From positions 495-64,494 of the forward strand of contig JAHJLF010000053.1 of the NCBI GenBank assembly GCA_018821925.1: a stretch of DNA of 64,000 bases, in the 5' to 3' direction. Shown here piece by piece: positions 58,116 through 64,000 of this stretch (the stretch's first letter is position 1; each line of letters opens with the position of its first letter). Below the pieces are notes generated by a model. It searched no databases. It saw only the letters and a list, made by a program, of their open reading frames with translations, and had not been told where the DNA came from. The stretch comes from Candidatus Edwardsbacteria bacterium (GTDB lineage Bacteria; Edwardsbacteria; AC1; EtOH8). Position numbers and translations under genes: made by a program.

Positions 58116-58952
58116 TCAGTTATTCTTGGCCACGAACCGGTTCATCAGCCCGTAGGCCGTCAGGTTTATCAGCAAAATGGTTATCACCAGAATGGCCGCG
58201 GTGCCGTAGGCGTTCTCGGTGGAGATCCCCTCCCGGGCCAGGATATAGAAATGCACTGACATGGTCCGGGCCGAATCCATCAGCGAGGTGGGCATCCGCA
58301 ATGATGAGCCGGCGGTGAAGATCACCGCGGCGGTCTCTCCTATCGAGCGCCCCACCCCCAGCATCACCCCGGTGACGATGCCCGGCAGGGCACTGGGCAG
58401 CACCACCTTCTGGACGGTCTCCCAGCGGGTGGCCCCCAGCGAGAAGGAAACCTCGCGGAAGGAATTGGGCACCGATTTGATGGCCTCCTCCGAGGTCCGA
58501 ATGATGGTGGGCAATATCATGAAGGCCAGGGTCAGCCCGCCGGACAGGATGGACCAGCCCATCTGCAGGATGGTGACAAAGAAGATGAAGCCGAACAGGC
58601 CGAAGATGATGGAGGGGATCCCGGCCAGGCAGTCGGCCCCGAAACGAATGATCCTGGTGGCCCGGCTCTCCCTGGTATATTCGGTAAGATAGATGGCTGT
58701 GCCCACCCCCAGGGGCGTGGCGATGGCTATGGCCACCACGGTTAACAGGATGGTCCCGATGACCACCGGGAAGATGCCGCCGGCCTTTCCCATATCCTGG
58801 GGATTGGTGAGCAGGAATTTGAAGCCCACCGCCGGAAGGCCTTTCTGTAGCACGAACAGGATGATGAACACTAGTATGGCCAAGGTGGCCAGGGTTGCCA
58901 GGCCCATCACCAGCTGGGCGGCGATCTGGGTGTATCTGGGCGGTATTCTCAT
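58116..58952 (-). CDS. pstA: Phosphate ABC transporter permease PstA
   Basis: 'YLTEY', 'LAGIPSIIFGLFG', 'LGATRWET', 'IGETAA'. Confidence 0.95.
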   Translation of the reverse strand: MRIPPRYTQIAAQLVMGLATLATLAILVFIILFVLQKGLPAVGFKFLLTNPQDMGKAGGIFPVVIGTILLTVVAIAIATPLGVGTAIYLTEYTRESRATRIIRFGADCLAGIPSIIFGLFGFIFFVTILQMGWSILSGGLTLAFMILPTIIRTSEEAIKSVPNSFREVSFSLGATRWETVQKVVLPSALPGIVTGVMLGVGRSIGETAAVIFTAGSSLRMPTSLMDSARTMSVHFYILAREGISTENAYGTAAILVITILLINLTAYGLMNRFVAKNN

Positions 58953-59806
58953 CTCTTGCCCGCCTTTTTTCTGATGGCCATTCCGGCCAGGGAGTTCAGA
59001 ATCATGATTATCACCAGTAGCACCACTCCGGTGGCAAACAGCGCTTGGCGGTGCTGCCCGGTGGCGTAGCCCATCTCCAGGGCGATGTTGGCGGTCAGGG
59101 TGCGGACGGAATCCAGGGCCGATATGGGGATCTTGACCGCATTGCCGGCCACCATGATCACCGCCATGGTCTCGCCGATGGCCCGTCCCATCCCCAGTAT
59201 GATGGCCGCTATGATGCCTGATTTGGCGGCCGGCACCGTCACCATATAAGTGGTCTGCCAGTGGGTGGCGCCAAGGGCCAGCGAGCCCTCCCGGTAGGAG
59301 TTGGGCACCGACTGGATGGAATCGATGGAGATGCTGATGATGGTGGGCAGGATCATGATGCCCAGGATGATGGCCCCGGCCAGCACCGACAGCCCCGGCC
59401 CGCCCAGGTGGGAGCGGATCAGCGGAGCCAGCACCATCACCCCCATGAACCCGTAGACCACCGAGGGAATGCCGGCCAGCAGTTCGATGGTGGGCTTGAT
59501 GACCCCCATCACCCGGCGCGGCACGAACTCGGTGAGGTAGACGGCGCAGGCCACCCCCAGCGGGGCTCCCACCAGCATGGCCCCCAGGGTCACCCAGATG
59601 GAGGCCACGATCATGGGCCAGATGCCGAACTTCCCGTCCTGGGGCTGCCAGTCGGAGGAAAACAGGAATTTTAGCGGCCCGTAGCTGATGATGAACGGCA
59701 GCCCCTCTTTAATGATAAAAAGGGCAATCAAGAGCAGGGCCGAGATAGCCGAAAAAGCTATCCCCGCCAACACTCTCCGAACGCCCTTCTCGCCTAAGAA
59801 TTTCAT
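58949..59806 (-). CDS. pstC: Phosphate ABC transporter permease PstC
   Basis: 'ELLAGIPSVVYG', 'GRAIGETMAV..VAGN', 'ALFATG'. Confidence 0.95.
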   Translation of the reverse strand: MKFLGEKGVRRVLAGIAFSAISALLLIALFIIKEGLPFIISYGPLKFLFSSDWQPQDGKFGIWPMIVASIWVTLGAMLVGAPLGVACAVYLTEFVPRRVMGVIKPTIELLAGIPSVVYGFMGVMVLAPLIRSHLGGPGLSVLAGAIILGIMILPTIISISIDSIQSVPNSYREGSLALGATHWQTTYMVTVPAAKSGIIAAIILGMGRAIGETMAVIMVAGNAVKIPISALDSVRTLTANIALEMGYATGQHRQALFATGVVLLVIIMILNSLAGMAIRKKAGKR

Positions 59807-59907
59807 GAAATATTCAGATTAATGTTTACACTCATGCCAATCATTTTTCTTTATTACGCAACATGGCCCTTGCCCTTTGTTCTTATTTTACCCCACTAAA
59901 ATGACCT

Positions 59908-60371
59908 CCCCGCTTTCTCTTATAACACCTCTCCCTTTTTCCCTCCCCGATCCGGGGAGGGTAGGGTGGGGTCGGAAGTTTTAGGGGACGGCAAACTAAC
60001 ATAATTGAGAATACTCTGGTTTTCAAAACGCTGATTTTATCATTATTTAAGCGTTTGCACCAGCAACGCTGATCGTAGCCATCCCCTAACACCCGGCTTA
60101 ACCTGTAAATCCTTACAGGTTAAGTTATGTTGGTATCAATGAGTCAATGGGGTCCGGGGGCGCAGTTGCGGTTTACTGCGAACAATAAACCAAAAGCGAT
60201 AAGCGCATCTAAGCGCATACTATATTCAGCAGAATAATTTAAGTTGCATATTCAATTTGATTGACGTTAAGCCCTGTGCCCCCGGCGGGTCTTTGACCTC
60301 TCCCTGCCTGACGGCTTCCCTCTCCGTTACGGGGAGGGAGTGTGGGTGGGGTCTGCCCGAACAGAAAGGGC
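59908..60371. repeat. Modular nested palindromic intergenic element, copy B
   Basis: Same module order as copy A plus an extra stem-loop module (59981-60089). Confidence 0.8.
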
Positions 60372-60389
60372 TGTGATGAAATAAAAACT

Positions 60390-61181
60390 CTATTTGACCG
60401 GTATCAGGCCGCTGCTCTTGATGGTCTCCTGGCCCTCCGCCGACAGCATGTAATCTATCACCTGCTTGATCGCCCCTTGGGGTTGTTCCATGGTCAACAG
60501 AAAAACCGGGCGGACCAATTTATACTTTCCGCTCATGATCTCCTCGGTGGTGCACTCCACCCCGTCCAATTTGACCGGCTTGATCTTTTCGTTGATCAAC
60601 CCGTGCGACAGGTAGCCCACCGCATTGACATCGTTGGCTACCGTCTCCCGGATGGTTCCGTTGGAGTCCTGAATCAGGGCTTCCTTGATCAGCGAGATCT
60701 CGCCCACTATCTGTTCGAAGGAGGTCCTGGTGCCGGAGCCAGCCTCGCGGGATACCACCGTGATCGGCCGATCCTCTCCGCCTACCTGTTTCCAGTTATT
60801 TATAGCCCCGTTGAATATCTCCCGCACCTGCTGCAGGGTAAGCCCCTCTATCTTGTTGCCGGGATTGACCACGATGGCGATGCCGTCCCGGGCCACTTTG
60901 GTGGCTGTGAGATTTTTGGCCTCTTCCGGCAGCTCCACCAGGTCGGCCATCCCTATCTGGGCGGTCCCGGACAGGGCCGATTGGATGCCCACCGCCGAGC
61001 CGCCGCCCTGCACCGTCACGTTGATGCCGGGATTTTGAGTCATGAACTGGTCGGCCAGTTTCTCGGCAAAGGGCTGAAAGGCGGTGGAGCCGGCCATGAT
61101 GACGGCCTCCCTCTTTTTGCCGCATCCAAAAACTGATACCGAAGCCAACAACGCTATTGAAACAATCATTTTTTTATTCAT
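60390..61181 (-). CDS. pstS: Phosphate ABC transporter substrate-binding lipoprotein PstS
   Basis: Lipobox VFGC; 'GSTA', 'GGGSAVG', 'REAGSGTR'. Confidence 0.92.
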   Translation of the reverse strand: MNKKMIVSIALLASVSVFGCGKKREAVIMAGSTAFQPFAEKLADQFMTQNPGINVTVQGGGSAVGIQSALSGTAQIGMADLVELPEEAKNLTATKVARDGIAIVVNPGNKIEGLTLQQVREIFNGAINNWKQVGGEDRPITVVSREAGSGTRTSFEQIVGEISLIKEALIQDSNGTIRETVANDVNAVGYLSHGLINEKIKPVKLDGVECTTEEIMSGKYKLVRPVFLLTMEQPQGAIKQVIDYMLSAEGQETIKSSGLIPVK

Positions 61182-61207
61182 CTGAACATCTCCTTATAAT
61201 TTGTTAT

Positions 61208-62521
61208 TTAGAATTTGATCTGCATCTGCAGGGTGATCTTGTCGTCCTGGCAGGTGTTGTACTTGGGATGCAAACCCAGCGCCATATCGGTATGATAAAG
61301 CGTCCGGTCCAGGGCCAGAGTCAGCCTGACGGCATCATCCCACCAGTAGTTGACCGCCGCCGAGATGTTGGAGGTCTGATCGAAAGCGAGATCGTTGGCG
61401 GTGCAGGCATACTTGGTGGTATCCGACGAAGTGTTTGGATCGTAGCTGTCGATCCGTAGTGCTACGCCCAGTTTGTTTCCGATGTTCTGGACCAGCATGG
61501 CATAATAACCGAAGACCTCCTTGGTTTGGGAGACCCCTGTGATGGCCTCGGCCAGCACCGCCGTTCTACCGATGGGCAGGAACTGGTTATACATCTCGAA
61601 GGAGCCGCCCATACGGTTCTTGTAAAAGTTATCCGAGGTGGTAGAGGTCTTCTCAAATCCCTCATAATATGACCCGGTCAGCGCCACCAAGCCGAAATCG
61701 TATTTGATGCGTCCGATGAAATCCTTGGGCTTGGTGGGGTCGTTCCAGGTGAAGACCGAGTTGTCTATGCCGTAGCCATTGTAGACGCCTAGATCGACGC
61801 TCATTTTGTTGATGGGGGCAAAATTGAGCTTGACCCCGCGGTCCCGCTCGCCCTTGAACAGCTTGTTGGACATGACGCTTCTCTCAGGCACCTCGCGCAC
61901 CGAGGAGGACCTTTCGATCTCCACCCCGAACGGCCAGTTCATCTGACCCATGGTCAGGCTGAACCCCATCGGAGTCCATGGTTCCTTCAGGGTGATCCAG
62001 GCTTCCTTAAGGCTGACCTTATCCTTGGAGAAGTCAGGACAAATGCAATATTGTGAAGTGGCCGAAGGAGTGTATACGAATTTAATCCGGCCGCGGCGGA
62101 CGTAGAACCAGCTGGAGTCGGACCTGGTGTCAACCGAATTAGCGGCGCTGTCTATCCTGTCGTGGTTGATATACTCGAACCGGGTCTGAATATAGCCGGA
62201 AACCTTGAGTTTTTTCAACCCCCCGATATCGCTTTCGGCGGACAGCATCCTCTCCTCCATCCCGGCCAGCTTGTCGTCGGTTGCGGAAACCTTTTCTTCC
62301 ACTGCCTGGAACGGGGTTTGCCCCTGTTTGTTCAATTGGTCCTTGGCGGCGCTGAGCTCCTGGCCCAGGGCGTTCACCTGAAATGTCAGGGATTCCATCC
62401 TTTGCTGCAGGTTTATTATTGTGGTGTCGGGCTTTGTGGTCTTGGCCTTTTGGGCGAATGCCAATTGGCAGATTAACATTAGTGCCATGTTGAACAGGAT
62501 TACTCTTTTACCGTCTTTCAT
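61208..62521 (-). CDS. Outer-membrane porin, phosphate-selective OprO/OprP-like
   Basis: Signal peptide, coiled coil, 'GYIQTRF', 'VRRGRIKF', 'RDRG', terminal Phe; heads the pst operon. Confidence 0.75.
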   Translation of the reverse strand: MKDGKRVILFNMALMLICQLAFAQKAKTTKPDTTIINLQQRMESLTFQVNALGQELSAAKDQLNKQGQTPFQAVEEKVSATDDKLAGMEERMLSAESDIGGLKKLKVSGYIQTRFEYINHDRIDSAANSVDTRSDSSWFYVRRGRIKFVYTPSATSQYCICPDFSKDKVSLKEAWITLKEPWTPMGFSLTMGQMNWPFGVEIERSSSVREVPERSVMSNKLFKGERDRGVKLNFAPINKMSVDLGVYNGYGIDNSVFTWNDPTKPKDFIGRIKYDFGLVALTGSYYEGFEKTSTTSDNFYKNRMGGSFEMYNQFLPIGRTAVLAEAITGVSQTKEVFGYYAMLVQNIGNKLGVALRIDSYDPNTSSDTTKYACTANDLAFDQTSNISAAVNYWWDDAVRLTLALDRTLYHTDMALGLHPKYNTCQDDKITLQMQIKF

Positions 62522-62892
62522 TTTTTCCTTTTAAATATTTTCTTTTTTCTTTGCCGGAATCTGTCACCCTTAAGAAGCTATACTTGCCGGGCAATTGGTG
62601 TCTGCACTAAAGCTTTTGCTCTTCCTGCCCGCCAAGATGGCTTACAAAAAGGCAGGCGGGGAAGATGCCAATTATAAAAGCATAGGCGAAACTGGTGCCC
62701 ATTTTTCATCCCTCAGACAGTTAGGCACAGACGTCATCTCGGGATGACAATAAAAAAGATTAAATATCTTGGTGTCACTTCGGCATTGCTCAGTGCATGC
62801 TTGGTGGCAAGGGAAAACCCACGATTAACTAATTACCAATAACTAATTTCATCCCTCAACCTGCATTGCTCCGATGTGTCCTCGGGATGACA

Positions 62893-64000
62893 TTACTTTC
62901 CGTTCTGCCCCTCTTTGAGCAGTTTGGTAAGATCCTTGTTCTTCTGCAGCAGCTCCACTGCTTTCTGGGCCTGGGCATCGCTCTCCAGCAGGTAGGCCGT
63001 CCGGGCCTTGTCGCCGTACAGCTTGGAAAGCATCTCCCGCTTGATCCCCTGTTTGATATAATCCTTGCTTTCCTTGTATTCTTCGGGAGTGTATTCTATT
63101 TTATCTTCCTTCAGCAGTTTGATGAACTCCTCCACCATAGCCTCATTGACCGTGAAATCTTTTGACAGGTCGCTGTTACCCACGGAATATTTAATGGCGA
63201 ATTTGAAGAAGATGGTTTTGCGTTCCAGGTCCATCTGGAAGCGGGTCAAGCGGGGCAGGTCCACCTTGATGTCCGGAGTGATGCCGCCGCCGCCGTAGAC
63301 CTTGCGCTTGAGGCCGCCCAAGGTGGTATGGACCTCCTGGGTCGCGGTGGAATCTTCCTCCAGACTGTCCAGATCTCCGGACTGCCAGGCGCTGTTGTCC
63401 CGGTGGATGCACCGCCCGGACGGGGTATAATACTTGGCAGTGGTCAGCTTGATGGCTATGGAATCGCCCAATGGCATCACGTTCTGCACCGAGCCCTTGC
63501 CGAAACTGGTCTGCCCCAGCACCAATGCCCGATCCCAATCTTGTAATGCGCCGGCCACTATCTCCGAGGCCGAGGCCGAACCCTGGTTTATCAGCACCAC
63601 CACCGGACCATTCTTGGGCCCGAACAGCACCTTTCCTGAAGCCTTGTAATCCTGGTCAGCCTCCTTTAGCCGCCCCCTGGTGAAGACCACCAATGAGCCG
63701 TTATCCAAAAAGTTGCTGGAGACCTCCACCGCTTCGTGCAATAGTCCTCCGGGATTGCTGCGCAGGTCTAATATCAGCTGTTTCATCCCCTGTTTTTCCA
63801 GGTCCTGCAGGGCCCGGGTCAAATCCGGGCCGGATTTCTGGGAGAAATTGGCCAGCCAGATGTAGCCGATCTTGTCGGCAATGAAGCCATAGTACGGTAT
63901 GCTCTCTATCTCGATCAGGGCCCGGGTGATGGCGTAATCCATCAGTTCGTTGACCCCCTCGCGCTCGATGGTAATGGTGACGTTGCTGCCGGGCTCGCCC
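62893..64000 (-). CDS. S41 family C-terminal processing protease (CtpA/Prc), 5' part outside the window
   Basis: PDZ end 'GEPGSNVTITIER', 'LDLRSNPGGLL', catalytic 'SASASEI', 'FGKGSVQ', 'GGITPD'. Confidence 0.92.
   Translation of the reverse strand, partial: GEPGSNVTITIEREGVNELMDYAITRALIEIESIPYYGFIADKIGYIWLANFSQKSGPDLTRALQDLEKQGMKQLILDLRSNPGGLLHEAVEVSSNFLDNGSLVVFTRGRLKEADQDYKASGKVLFGPKNGPVVVLINQGSASASEIVAGALQDWDRALVLGQTSFGKGSVQNVMPLGDSIAIKLTTAKYYTPSGRCIHRDNSAWQSGDLDSLEEDSTATQEVHTTLGGLKRKVYGGGGITPDIKVDLPRLTRFQMDLERKTIFFKFAIKYSVGNSDLSKDFTVNEAMVEEFIKLLKEDKIEYTPEEYKESKDYIKQGIKREMLSKLYGDKARTAYLLESDAQAQKAVELLQKNKDLTKLLKEGQNGK

Noticed and set aside
62522-62892. Pho box or riboswitch upstream of the porin-pst operon
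   Set aside because: No convincing 11-bp-spaced direct repeats or known aptamer consensus; only REP-like hairpins.
1-64000. tRNA/rRNA genes, transposases, integrases, reverse transcriptases
   Set aside because: No diagnostic motifs seen by eye; tRNAscan, Infernal and ISEScan would be needed to exclude them formally.

Overview
A 64-kb bacterial chromosomal window, mostly GC-rich with several AT-rich inserts. Nearly all genes are on the minus strand. The secreted proteins ending in 'NxPNP...GxYxYRL' sorting domains suggest an FCB-group or candidate-phylum organism (inference). Layout: (1) 1-2.7 kb, partial PAS hybrid histidine kinase. (2) 3.4-14 kb, accessory/defence island: REase-NACHT protein, Type IIG R-M enzyme, an orphan R-M C-terminal remnant, two paralogous small HNH proteins, small hypotheticals, a cryptic 21-bp-period array and a heptamer array. 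(3) 14-22 kb, a giant Ser/Thr kinase-P-loop-TPR-GAF-sigma54 activator, followed by a putative sigma54 promoter driving an unannotated 48-aa secreted Pro/Thr-rich peptide, then an Hfq-like protein, a receiver protein and a lipase. (4) 22-55 kb, housekeeping and envelope genes (M20 peptidase, GGDEF, IscS, CobB, ProS, three parvulin PPIases, nitrilase, M1 peptidase, CutA, class II PDE, SET, NYN). (5) 55-64 kb, porin-pstS-pstC-pstA-pstB-pstB-phoU operon and a partial S41 protease. Intergenic DNA is rich in nested REP-like palindromes. No tRNA, rRNA, CRISPR array or intact transposase was seen. Top leads are the 21-bp-periodic array attached to a small helical protein gene, the kinase/TPR/sigma54 activator plus secreted-peptide module, and two PstB copies with complementary degenerate ATPase motifs. 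All calls come from reading motifs by eye, with no database searches.
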